A DNA stretch of 64,000 bases from Candidatus Zhuqueibacterota bacterium. Lineage in GTDB: Bacteria > Zhuqueibacterota > Zhuqueibacteria > JANLFK01 > Oleimicrobiaceae. The stretch spans positions 22,021 to 86,020 of the forward strand of contig JANLFK010000011.1 of NCBI GenBank assembly GCA_024655945.1, written 5' to 3'. Of this stretch, positions 47,791-58,946 are shown in pieces. Position 1 is the first letter of the stretch, and every line of letters starts with the position of its first letter. The notes beneath the pieces are model-generated. The model searched no databases and was not told the origin of the DNA. It was given only the letters and a program-made list of their open reading frames with translations. Made by a program: the position numbers and the translations under genes.

Positions 47791-47819
47791 TTGCAAAGCT
47801 TTCCCGGTTTTGCTATATT
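47791..47819 (+). promoter_or_regulatory. Candidate sigma70 promoter for nfnAB
   Basis: TTGCAA-N17-TATATT. Confidence 0.55.
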
Positions 47820-47878
47820 CCATCCTTCGCTGCGGTAGGGTGCAGGAGCGCAGTGGGATGGAAGCAAGAGGAGCCGGT

Positions 47879-50162
<2,284 letters not shown>

Positions 50163-50171
50163 GTGAGCGGG

Positions 50172-50591
50172 CTACCACCCTCGCAAGCGCTCGAGGCGGC
50201 GACGTTCCTTCTTGGTAGGACGACCCTTGAATGGCGGGCGCACGCGCCGCGCCCGTTGGTAGAGCTCCAGAAGCTCCTGCGATTCCGGGGAAAGCTCTTG
50301 CTGATGTTCGCGGTACAGTTCCCGCGCCTTTTCGGCTGAGAGGCTTTTCGCCGTCACCTGGAGCACATCGAACGTGCGATAGAGGTGCTTGTGCTTCACG
50401 GTGACCGTATCCCCGGCCCGGATCGCCTTCGCAGGTTTTGCCACTTGGCCGTTCACCTTGACCTTCCCCTCTTCGCAGCTCTTGGCCGCCTGCGCGCGCG
50501 TCCTGAAGATGCGCGCCACCTTGAGCCATTTGTCAAGGCGCACGCTTTCCTGCCCTTGGACGGGGTGCTGTTGGTCTGCTTTCTCGCTCAT
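50172..50591 (-). CDS. hslR: S4 RNA-binding protein, Hsp15-like
   Basis: RLDKWLKVARIFRTR, GRPTKKERR. Confidence 0.9.
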   Translation of the reverse strand: MSEKADQQHPVQGQESVRLDKWLKVARIFRTRAQAAKSCEEGKVKVNGQVAKPAKAIRAGDTVTVKHKHLYRTFDVLQVTAKSLSAEKARELYREHQQELSPESQELLELYQRARRVRPPFKGRPTKKERRRLERLRGW

Positions 50592-50798
50592 GGGTGACTT
50601 CACCATCTATGCTCGAGCTCTTGTCGCAATTGATCCGCAGTAGGTGGTCGAGTTCGCCACTGGCGCAGAGCTTTGCAATACGCCCTCCTTCGGCGTCAGG
50701 ACGTTTTCTACAAAGACCAACCAACCCTGGCGCGGGCCCAGCGGCCAGAGGCGGGCACCGGACTGCCCCTTGCTATGCCGACCTGTAATGCATCCTCC

Positions 50799-51253
50799 CT
50801 AACCGTGAGTGTTGTACCCCAATGCGGCATCCAGGCCAGAAACAAATGACCCATAGTTTCCCTCACGCAGGAACTGGAAGAAAGCATCATAATCCCGCAG
50901 CCTCAGGAAATGGAAAGAGTAGCGGCATTCGCCCTGCTGCTGATTCAGCGTCTCAAAATGCTGACGAGCATAACGGTACTTGCCCTTGTTCTCGTCCGAA
51001 GGGCCGTCTATTTCCTCGTCACCTTTGATTTCCACGACCAGAATGTCGTTGCCTTTCTTGATGAAAACTCTGGGTTGAAGTAGCCGCGCTTGGGATGCTC
51101 GCCTTTGCGCCAGGCATACTCGATTTCGTAGAATCCTTGATCGGTGGATTTGATCCAGGCATCTATCGCGGAGGCGTTTTCAGGTCTGATCAACTGTCGC
51201 ACGAAATCGCGTTCCGGCCTGCGCTCGGCCAGGACGATGTTCAACTGGGGCAT
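50799..51253 (-). pseudogene. C-terminal remnant of a restriction-endonuclease-like (type III Res-type) PD-(D/E)xK domain, frameshifted
   Basis: Two overlapping ORFs join to ...GYFNPE(F)FIKKGNDILVVEIKG...ENKGK; 1-nt loss in a T run near 51070; no upstream helicase portion. Confidence 0.55.
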
Positions 51254-51307
51254 TGGAACCTCTCTTGCGAGTCCAGATTTGCACTTGTGTGCAACTCCTC
51301 GGCCAAG

Positions 51308-51337
51308 AATTGCACCTTTCGGCCGAAAAGTGCAATT
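51308..51337. repeat. 30-bp near-perfect palindrome, copy 1
   Basis: AATTGCACCTTTCGGCCGAAAAGTGCAATT (one mismatch). Confidence 0.8.
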
Positions 51338-51349
51338 TCACCTCATGTC

Positions 51350-51847
51350 TTATTCATCGTGGATGATCCGCAAAATCTCGGCAGCCATGTAGGTCTTGCC
51401 ATACGTCGTCTCTTCCGCCGGGCGGAGGATGCCAGCGCTCACCAGTTTTTCTACATTCTTTTGCGCGCCATGATAAGAACCAACCCGGAGCAAGCGTTGG
51501 GCCTGTGGAGTCGTAAGAACTGGGTTAGCAGAAAGCGAATCCGCCAGGCGTAAAGCCAGAACAGAGGTCCGCGCCTGGGCGAGGCGGCCGTGCCATCCTT
51601 CCTGCAAGTCCTGCAGTCTCCTGGCGCGCCTCAGGGCATTACCTGCCTGCTCGGCCACACCGCGCAGGAAAAAGAGCAGCCAATCACGCCACGCGCCCCG
51701 TTCGCTTACCCCCAAGAGCAGGTCATAGTAATCCTGGCGGTGGCGATAAAAATAGGCGCTCAGGTAGAGCATCGGCAGCGGCAACAGTCCCCACTGCACC
51801 AGCAACAGCCAGATGAGCAAGCGGCCGATGCGGCCGTTGCCGTCCAC
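51350..51847 (-). pseudogene. Fic family protein, 5'-truncated (end of Fic motif plus C-terminal HTH), copy 1
   Basis: PFVDGNGRIGR, LYLSAYF..HRQDYYDLL...W..W..FFL; in-frame stop eight codons upstream of the motif. Confidence 0.8.
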
Positions 51848-51886
51848 GAAGGGGCTGTGCTGTTGTGGAAGCGTTCAGGGTTCACA
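51672..51886. repeat. 215-bp identical direct repeat, copy 1 (partner at 53975-54189)
   Basis: Base-by-base comparison at offset 2303. Confidence 0.9.
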
Positions 51887-52048
51887 GAAAGGCCTCATCT
51901 CCCCCAGAAAGGGCGGCAGCCGCGAGGCGCGCGCGTCGGCGCTCTCCTCGAGGCCGGCGGTCTCTAGCTTCGAGGCGATCAGACGGGCGCGACGGTTATT
52001 GGGACACCCGGCTGTCCCAAATTGTCCAATATGTCCGATAAATGTCCG

Positions 52049-53473
52049 TTATCGAGCCAGGACATAGCGTCTCCCCTTCTTTTCGCCTTGCGCCTTCAGC
52101 AAGCCTTTGTCCACAAGGGCCTGGAGGTCACGCTGGACGGTTTTGGCCGTGACATCTGGAAAGAGTCGGTGGAGTTCGCCGATCGAAGCACTCTGGCGAC
52201 TGCGCAATGTCGCACCAATCTGAATCTGTCGCTCGCTCAGCCCCGTCGCCCGCAGCCGTTCGGGGGTGGAGGGGTCCTGGCTGAAGACCACACGAACCCC
52301 ACCCTGCCAGTTTTGGAACTCCGGGTCCGGCAAGCCCTGTTCGCGGCAGAGTTGCACGATGCGCGTGGTGCCCGTGCCCCAGCGCTCGATGATGCCGGCG
52401 AAGTAAAAGGCCTGCGCAAGCAGCGGATTGCGCAACACCGAACCGTGCGGGCCGTACAGCGCCTCCGGCGTGAGCGGCGGCGGCAGTTCGCCCGGACTCC
52501 AGATGTCCAGGCGGTCTTCTTCCATCCGAATCTGAACGTCCGCCGGATAGGTGTAATCGCGATGAATCAGGGCGTTGACCACCGCCTCCCGCAGGGCATC
52601 CAGGGGATACTCCCACACCTCGCGGCGCTGCAAGCCCTCCGGCGAAGGCTCTTCCACGCGGATGTCGAAGCGCACCTTGAGCACCTGACGGAAGCGCTCC
52701 ATCGCGCCATCGAGCTGTTGCCAGAGCGTGCCTTGAAAGTCGTGGCTATCGAGAATCTGCGTTCCCCGGAAAAGCCCAATCCGCACCTGCGCCAGGGGAA
52801 AGAGCTGCTGCGGGCGCCGGGCAAAGAGCAAGACCGCCGCGTTGGTGAGCTCCCCTTCGCTGACCAGGCCGAGATTCTTCAGAACCGCCTGCGGCTGCGC
52901 CGGGTCAATGTGGGGCAACCTGGGGCGCGCAAGCCGGGCAAAATAGTTCACCGATTCTTCGTCCAGCTCGCCGAAGCCCCATTCGCTGGCGAAACTGTCC
53001 CAGGTACGCCCGGAGCGCTTCAGGATATGGCGCGCTAACTCCTCGGGGGCGAAATCGCGGTTGGTTGTGCCGACGCGCCGCAAATAACGCCCGCCCAAGG
53101 CGACTAAGCACGACGTCGGTTCCACGCTGATGCGGATAACCTCGCGCCCCTCCATTGGCACGACTTCGATGGACGGCGTAATCCCCAAGTGCGCAGCAAT
53201 CAGATTGGCGATGCGCTGCAATTCCCGGTCATCTGCCCGAGCGCCCACCACCTCGCCGTCGTCCTGAACGCCCATCAGGAGCAGACCGCCGTCGGTGTTG
53301 GCAAAGGCCGCCAGGTCGTCCAGAGCGCGTTCGGTCCACTGACGCTTCCATTCCACATTCTGGCTCTCCGGCAAGGAGCATTTGGGCGTGGTCAAGGCTC
53401 CAGATTGAGCATCTTCAGAGGGTTGCCAACTTACCGAAAGCTGGCAGTCCTCAACCCTCACGCGCAAATCCAC
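52049..53473 (-). CDS. AlbA_2 (Schlafen-like) plus HATPase_c_4 plus wHTH protein; likely start TTG 53374
   Basis: ESQNVEWK, AAFANTDGG.LLMGVQDDG, ALREAVVNALIHRDY, LRNPLLA, IERWGTG, C-terminal HTH. Confidence 0.88.
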   Translation of the reverse strand: MDLRVRVEDCQLSVSWQPSEDAQSGALTTPKCSLPESQNVEWKRQWTERALDDLAAFANTDGGLLLMGVQDDGEVVGARADDRELQRIANLIAAHLGITPSIEVVPMEGREVIRISVEPTSCLVALGGRYLRRVGTTNRDFAPEELARHILKRSGRTWDSFASEWGFGELDEESVNYFARLARPRLPHIDPAQPQAVLKNLGLVSEGELTNAAVLLFARRPQQLFPLAQVRIGLFRGTQILDSHDFQGTLWQQLDGAMERFRQVLKVRFDIRVEEPSPEGLQRREVWEYPLDALREAVVNALIHRDYTYPADVQIRMEEDRLDIWSPGELPPPLTPEALYGPHGSVLRNPLLAQAFYFAGIIERWGTGTTRIVQLCREQGLPDPEFQNWQGGVRVVFSQDPSTPERLRATGLSERQIQIGATLRSRQSASIGELHRLFPDVTAKTVQRDLQALVDKGLLKAQGEKKGRRYVLAR

Positions 53474-53610
53474 CGCTCCAGCTCGCGCGGGTTGCCCTGC
53501 ACTTACGGGGTGGAATGTCGCACGCCCGCCAGATGTCGTTGGCCACGGTTTCGCGGGTTGGGGCGTGGAGCATGGGTCGGCATTGTACTAAACGTTAGTT
53601 CTGTGCTTCG

Positions 53611-53642
53611 GAATCATACTTTTCGGCCGAAAAGTATAATTC
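53611..53642. repeat. 32-bp near-perfect palindrome, copy 2
   Basis: GAATC-ATACTTTTCGGCCGAAAAGTAT-AATTC; perfect 22-bp core at 53616-53637. Confidence 0.8.
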
Positions 53643-54150
53643 ATTGTCCGGGCACCGGCTCTTCTCCGATCACGTTCATGATCTCAGACGCCACGTACGT
53701 CTTGCCACGGCTCGCGTCGCCAAGCAACCGCAGGATGCCCGCCTCAATAAGCTTCTCCACGTTGCGCTGTGCACTGGGATAGGTGACGTCGAGCAAACGG
53801 GCCGCCCGCGGTATGGTCAAGATCGGCGTGTCGAACAAAGCATCTACCAGACGCATCAGCAGCGCTGAAAAACGTGCCTGGGCCAGGTTCTGATGCCATT
53901 GCTCGCGTAAATCCTGCAACCTGGGGGCGCGCCTCAGGGCATCTCCCGCCTGCTCGGCCACCCCACGCAGGAAGAAGAGCAGCCAATCACGCCACGCGCC
54001 CCGTTCGCTTACCCCCAAGAGCAGGTCATAGTAATCCTGGCGGTGGCGATAAAAATAGGCGCTCAGGTAGAGCATCGGCAGCGGCAACAGTCCCCACTGC
54101 ACCAGCAACAGCCAGATGAGCAAGCGGCCGATGCGGCCGTTGCCGTCCAC
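53641..54150 (-). pseudogene. Fic family protein, 5'-truncated, copy 2
   Basis: Same start and motif as copy 1; C-terminal HTH diverged. Confidence 0.8.
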
Positions 54151-54189
54151 GAAGGGGCTGTGCTGTTGTGGAAGCGTTCAGGGTTCACA
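53975..54189. repeat. 215-bp identical direct repeat, copy 2
   Basis: Identical to 51672-51886. Confidence 0.9.
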
Positions 54190-54197
54190 AAACAACC

Positions 54198-54458
54198 TCA
54201 CCGAATGGCCTGCATCAGCCCCCTGATCTCGCGCGACTCGGCTGGGTCGCAGGCACTGAGTGCGCGCAGGGTCTTGAATTTGCGCAACAGTTCGCGGTCC
54301 AGACCCACGGCGCTTGAGCCTTCCACACCTGTGCGGATAAGAATAGCCAAAAGTTCGGCGTTGCTCAAGGTGTGAGCGCCGTGCTTGAGCAGTTTTTCTC
54401 GTGGCCGGTCTTCTTCAGGCCAACTGGTGATGGCCCTTGCGTACAGTTTGTTCCTCAT
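54198..54458 (-). pseudogene. radC: RadC N-terminal (UPF0758) fragment lacking the JAB domain
   Basis: [32 protein letters not shown]; stops after 86 aa next to the repeat. Confidence 0.85.
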
Positions 54459-54503
54459 GTCCTGTCTTGAAGCCCCTCGCTGAAAAACCCCCGCAGCTTC
54501 CCG

Positions 54504-57500
54504 CTACCCGGACTGGCCCGCTTTCCTCTCGTTTATCTCCTTGATGCGCTCCCTCGCTACCCGGCCGAAGCTGCTGGCACTGCCCTCTTCGCGCTCGATG
54601 CGTTGGAAGATGCGGCGCGCGTCGTCCAGCTTGCCAAGGCGCATGTACGCCAGCCCCGATTCGTACATCGCGGTGACAGCCCAGGGGAGCTTCGATGGCG
54701 GGGAAAGGTACTTCACCTTCATGAGCTCGACGATGGCCTCGGTGTATCTCCCCATCTCCAAGTAGCATTTGCCGATCCAGTACTGGATTTCCGGCTCGGT
54801 CTCCTTGCTGGCGTAGGGCTTCAGGTCCCGAAAGTGCTCTATTGCCCGCTCGTACTCTTTGAGGTTCTTCAGGCAGGTGCCTATCTGCATTTTGCGCGCA
54901 AAGGCGTCATCGGCGCGCGGAAAGCCCTGCAGGTACTGGCGAGCAAAGGCGATGGCACGGTCCCACATGCCCAGGCGATCCGCCGCGTCGATCAGGTAGC
55001 CCAAGGCAAGCGCACGCATGGCAGAGTCAATGCGCGGCACCGCCAAGGCCTTCTGGAAGGCAAGGAACGCGTTCTCAAACTGCCCATTCTTGAAGTAGAA
55101 ATCACCCAGGTTCACATAGGCGGTGGCTGTCAAGGGACTGTTGGGGTACTTGGCGGGGACGCCGGCGAGGATGTTCAGCGCCTCGTCTGGTTGGTTCATG
55201 ATCAGGGAGAGCTTGCCCAATCCGATGTCCCCCCAGGCTGCCGTCTCTGCGTTCTTGACATCCCGCGCCGCGCGGAAGGCTTTTTCCGCCTGCTTAAAGT
55301 CCTTTTGGCGGATAAAGAACTCGCCTTCCTCGTAGGCAAAAAGGGCACGATTGGCGTCGTCGCGATATGCTTTCAGATATTTCTCGGCCTCGGCGGTGGC
55401 CCGGGGGCGGTCATCGAGCCTGAACAGGGAAATGACCAGCTTGGGCCCTGCCACTCGCCGCACCGAGTCCGCTGGCACATCCTTGATCAACTCCTGGTAC
55501 TCGGCTGCCGCACTGCGATAGTCGCCGTTGCGAAAGAGCAGGTCAGCTGTGCGCAGCCGGGCGGAGACCTTTGCGCTCGGCGAAGCAGCCGGCAGCGAGC
55601 TGGCTTGACGCAAGAAGGTGAGGGCTCTCTCCCGGTCACCTCTTTCCTCGGCCATCGTGGCAAGAAGGGCGAGGGCCTGCGCAACCTGCGGGTTGCTTGC
55701 TGCCTCCCGCACAAACTCCACCAGCAGTGCTTCCGCTTCTCGCGAGCGGCCAAGATGGTGGTAGGCGGTGCCTAGACGGAGTTTCAGTTCCGGCGGGTCG
55801 GCATCCGGCGCCTCAGAAAGCGAAATGTCGCTTGCTCTCTTCTCCCGCACACGCTGGAGGAGCTCGGCGGCCGCCTTGTGCTTCTCCTGGCGGATGAGAA
55901 GATCGGCAAGCCGCACCTCCGCGCTGTCCGCCACCGGTGCATAGGAGCAGTCGTTGAGGACGCGCTCGTACAGTTTTTCTGCCTCGCCGAAGCGATTGCC
56001 GGCCTCAGCCAGGGCGGCGGCCAACATCATCGCCTGCGCACCTCGCCGGGTGCGCGGCAGGCGCTCGATGATGGTTTTCAGGGCTGTCCCGGCAGCCGCC
56101 GTGTCGCGAGCGGCCAGCGATCCTTGCGCCACCAGCCAATGACAGCGGGCGCGCAGCTCGTCGTCGCCAGCAAGGCGAGCTGCGTCGCTGGCGAAGGTGC
56201 GAACAAGAAAGGCCAGGCTGTCGGCTTGTGGGCCCTGCTCAAGCAGCAGACTGGCCTTCTCGGCCAGCAACTCGGCGCGCAGGGGACTCTGGGCAGGGAC
56301 GACCGCCAGGGCAGCGTCCAGGTCCGCTAGCCAGCGCGGCACGTCAAGCGGAGAGAGCTTGGTCATTTTGCGCAGTCCGAGCAGCCCGCGCACTGCGGCA
56401 AGTCTTTCGTGGGTATCGCTGGAGGTGGCGATGGCCTTGCGATAGAAAGTGGCGGCACTGTCCACCAGCGCCCCGAGAGCACTCTGGTGGGCCGAAAGAT
56501 AAGCTGAGGCAGCCAGCCCATGGTAGCAAGTGGCCAGGCTCAACAAGAGCGTGGCGGAAGCAGCAGTGGTGTCCTGCGCGTAGAGGTGCCGATAGAGCGC
56601 CCGGGCGGTAGCATAGTCCCGCAGCGATTCCAAGTACAGCGCGCCCACGTCGACAGGCACTCGGTCGCGATCTTGGCCGCTGGCCAGCCGGACCACTTGC
56701 AGCGCCAGCGAAGATGAAGCCTTGCGGTAGTCCGCAACAAGGAAGGAACGGAGCAACAAGGCTTTGTACGCCGCCTCATCGGCTAAAGGCGAGGCCGGAA
56801 ACTGGCCGGCGTAGTTCTCGTAGGCATCGGCTGCTGCTGCATAGTCGCCCAGGTCTTGATAACAGCGCGCCAAACTCAAGGAAACCTCGTCCGCGAACTG
56901 GCTCTGCGGGAATTGGGTGAGAAAGCCCAGGAGCTTGTGCATCTCCTGTCTGGAGCAGCCTGTGTCCTCTTGACTGAGCTGGGCATCGAAGAAGGCGATG
57001 TCGTCCAGAAAGGGGCTATTGGGAAAGCGGGCGCTGAACTGGGCCGCGCGCGCGTGTGCTGCTTCCGCTTCTCCAAGGGAAGCCGACGCCCGCATCGCGC
57101 CGATGGTGGCTGCCGCTATGGCCCGTTCGCAGGCCCGCCGCTCGCCGACAGGGAGGGCGCGCACCGCATCAAAGTGCTGGCGGGCAGCGGCAAATTGTGC
57201 CAACTGCAACGCGGCGTTGCCCGCCCCAAGCCACGCCTCAGCGCGAAGAGAATCCCCTGGCGCCAAAGAACTGGCTAACTCAAATGCCGCCAGGGCCTCT
57301 CTTGCCGAACCGGCGCGCAGCAGGCTTTGCCCCTTGAGCAGGGTGGAGCGCGCTTTCAGCTCCTTGTCGCCGGCAAACTGCGTAGCCCTTTCCGCAAAGC
57401 GCGCCGATTCCGCATATTCGCCGCGACCTTGCAGGATGTCCCCCAGGAGGAAGGCAGCAGTGGCGGTTGCCACCGAGTCGACTGTTGCTTCGGCCACCTG

Positions 57501-58214
57501 CCTGAGGATCCGCTCGGACTCGGTGAACTGGCCGAGGCGATCGAGTATTTCTGCCTTCAGGGCCAGGGCTCGGACAGTCGTGCTCTTCTTGAGGTCCGGG
57601 GTGATCAACTTCTCGGCTTCGGCGAGCGCTTCTTCATGCTGGCCAAGATGGAACAACGCCGTGGCCAGCAGCAGACGTGCTTCTTCGCGCATCGCGCTTG
57701 TCGGATACTTGTCCAGCAGCAGGCCGGCCACACGCTCGCCGTCGGCATACTCGCCAGCTTTCTGATAGAGGCGCGCGGCACGCAGCAGGCCCTCTGGCGC
57801 AAGGGAACTGCCCGGGGCAAAGGCCGCCACGCGTTCAAAGGCCAAAGCCGCCTGGTGGAGCTGCGCCAGCGCCTCGTGAGTTTGGCCCTGCTGGAAGAGG
57901 AACTGGTCCAGGAGGGCAGAGCCGGGAAAGCGCAGCAAGGCATCGCGCCCGGTGCGCAGCGCTGCCTCGTGCTGCCCGGACAAGAACAAGGCACGACATG
58001 CCTGCAACAGGGCCTGCGGTGCCTTGGGGCTTGTCGGGTAGCGGTCGGCATAGCGCTGGTACTGCAGCGCTGCGAGGTCGTAGAGTTTGTCGGTGAAGAG
58101 CCTGTCCGCGTAGGCCAGGTCTTCTGCCTCACTCATTATCTGGGCAATGCTGCCCGCGCTCCAGAGCAGACCTAACGCCACCACTACTGCGTGGAGGGGA
58201 TATCTCGTGTGCAT
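54504..58214 (-). CDS. Large secreted tetratricopeptide-repeat protein
   Basis: Signal peptide; repeated TPR-like units (YQRYADRYPTSPKA, FLTQFPQSQFADE, KYPNSPL) over 1236 aa. Confidence 0.85.
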   Translation of the reverse strand: MHTRYPLHAVVVALGLLWSAGSIAQIMSEAEDLAYADRLFTDKLYDLAALQYQRYADRYPTSPKAPQALLQACRALFLSGQHEAALRTGRDALLRFPGSALLDQFLFQQGQTHEALAQLHQAALAFERVAAFAPGSSLAPEGLLRAARLYQKAGEYADGERVAGLLLDKYPTSAMREEARLLLATALFHLGQHEEALAEAEKLITPDLKKSTTVRALALKAEILDRLGQFTESERILRQVAEATVDSVATATAAFLLGDILQGRGEYAESARFAERATQFAGDKELKARSTLLKGQSLLRAGSAREALAAFELASSLAPGDSLRAEAWLGAGNAALQLAQFAAARQHFDAVRALPVGERRACERAIAAATIGAMRASASLGEAEAAHARAAQFSARFPNSPFLDDIAFFDAQLSQEDTGCSRQEMHKLLGFLTQFPQSQFADEVSLSLARCYQDLGDYAAAADAYENYAGQFPASPLADEAAYKALLLRSFLVADYRKASSSLALQVVRLASGQDRDRVPVDVGALYLESLRDYATARALYRHLYAQDTTAASATLLLSLATCYHGLAASAYLSAHQSALGALVDSAATFYRKAIATSSDTHERLAAVRGLLGLRKMTKLSPLDVPRWLADLDAALAVVPAQSPLRAELLAEKASLLLEQGPQADSLAFLVRTFASDAARLAGDDELRARCHWLVAQGSLAARDTAAAGTALKTIIERLPRTRRGAQAMMLAAALAEAGNRFGEAEKLYERVLNDCSYAPVADSAEVRLADLLIRQEKHKAAAELLQRVREKRASDISLSEAPDADPPELKLRLGTAYHHLGRSREAEALLVEFVREAASNPQVAQALALLATMAEERGDRERALTFLRQASSLPAASPSAKVSARLRTADLLFRNGDYRSAAAEYQELIKDVPADSVRRVAGPKLVISLFRLDDRPRATAEAEKYLKAYRDDANRALFAYEEGEFFIRQKDFKQAEKAFRAARDVKNAETAAWGDIGLGKLSLIMNQPDEALNILAGVPAKYPNSPLTATAYVNLGDFYFKNGQFENAFLAFQKALAVPRIDSAMRALALGYLIDAADRLGMWDRAIAFARQYLQGFPRADDAFARKMQIGTCLKNLKEYERAIEHFRDLKPYASKETEPEIQYWIGKCYLEMGRYTEAIVELMKVKYLSPPSKLPWAVTAMYESGLAYMRLGKLDDARRIFQRIEREEGSASSFGRVARERIKEINERKAGQSG

Positions 58215-58303
58215 GTGCTTTCTTGCCTTTCATGAAGGAAGACGAGACAAACGTCGGCCGTGCGGGACCTTGTTGGGTGGCGCGCCCATAGATGGCCACG
58301 GCC

Positions 58304-58888
58304 TCACACAGCGGCAAACTGTACGGCGCCGCTCGGCCACGGGGGCGCCTGCCTGATGGCCTCCAACACCTTCGCTGGCTCGTCGACAACGGTCCACATC
58401 TGGCGGTGACGCGGGTCCATGAATCGCTCGGCAATGCATCGCTCGAAAAGTTGCAGCAGGGGGTCAAAGAAGCCGCACGTGTTGAGCATCACGATGGGGC
58501 CGAGGTACAGGCCAAGCCGCTTCAGCGAGATCGCTTCGAGCAATTCCTCCAGCGTGCCGGAACCACCTGGCAAGGCTACCAGAGCGTCGGCCTGGGCGCG
58601 CATGAGCTCTTTGCGCTCGTTCATGCTCTGCACCACGATCAACTGGCTCACCCCCTTGTGCGCCCACTCCCTTTCCACCATGAAAGCCGGAATCACCCCC
58701 ACGACTTGCCCGCCGCGCGACAGAGCGCCGTCGGCGACCGCGCCCATTAAGCCCGCTGCGCCCCCGCCGTAGACGAGGGTAATCCGTTGCTCGGCCAAGA
58801 GTTGGCCCAGTTCGTAGGCAGGGCGGAGGTAGCCTTCGTCAAGTCTGCTGCTTGAGGCACAGAAGACACAAGCTCGCTCGATCATCAA
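58304..58888 (-). CDS. LOG family nucleotide phosphoribohydrolase (TIGR00730-like)
   Basis: VFCASS, YGGG..GLMG, ERK, LPGGSGTLEEL. Confidence 0.92.
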   Translation of the reverse strand: MMIERACVFCASSSRLDEGYLRPAYELGQLLAEQRITLVYGGGAAGLMGAVADGALSRGGQVVGVIPAFMVEREWAHKGVSQLIVVQSMNERKELMRAQADALVALPGGSGTLEELLEAISLKRLGLYLGPIVMLNTCGFFDPLLQLFERCIAERFMDPRHRQMWTVVDEPAKVLEAIRQAPPWPSGAVQFAAV

Positions 58889-58946
58889 CTTCCTGTCACC
58901 TTCGCTTCAGTAAGCCGAGAGAGGCAGCTGGCGCGCACAGCTACCG

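Noticed and set aside
53581-53642. Integron attC site
   Set aside because: CTAAAC/GTTAG-like words are present, but the R''-L''-L'-R' layout and extrahelical bases are not convincing, and there is no integrase in the window.
51350-54189. Diversity-generating retroelement (template and variable repeat) for the Fic repeats
   Set aside because: The shared block is identical rather than A-specifically mutated, and no reverse transcriptase is present.
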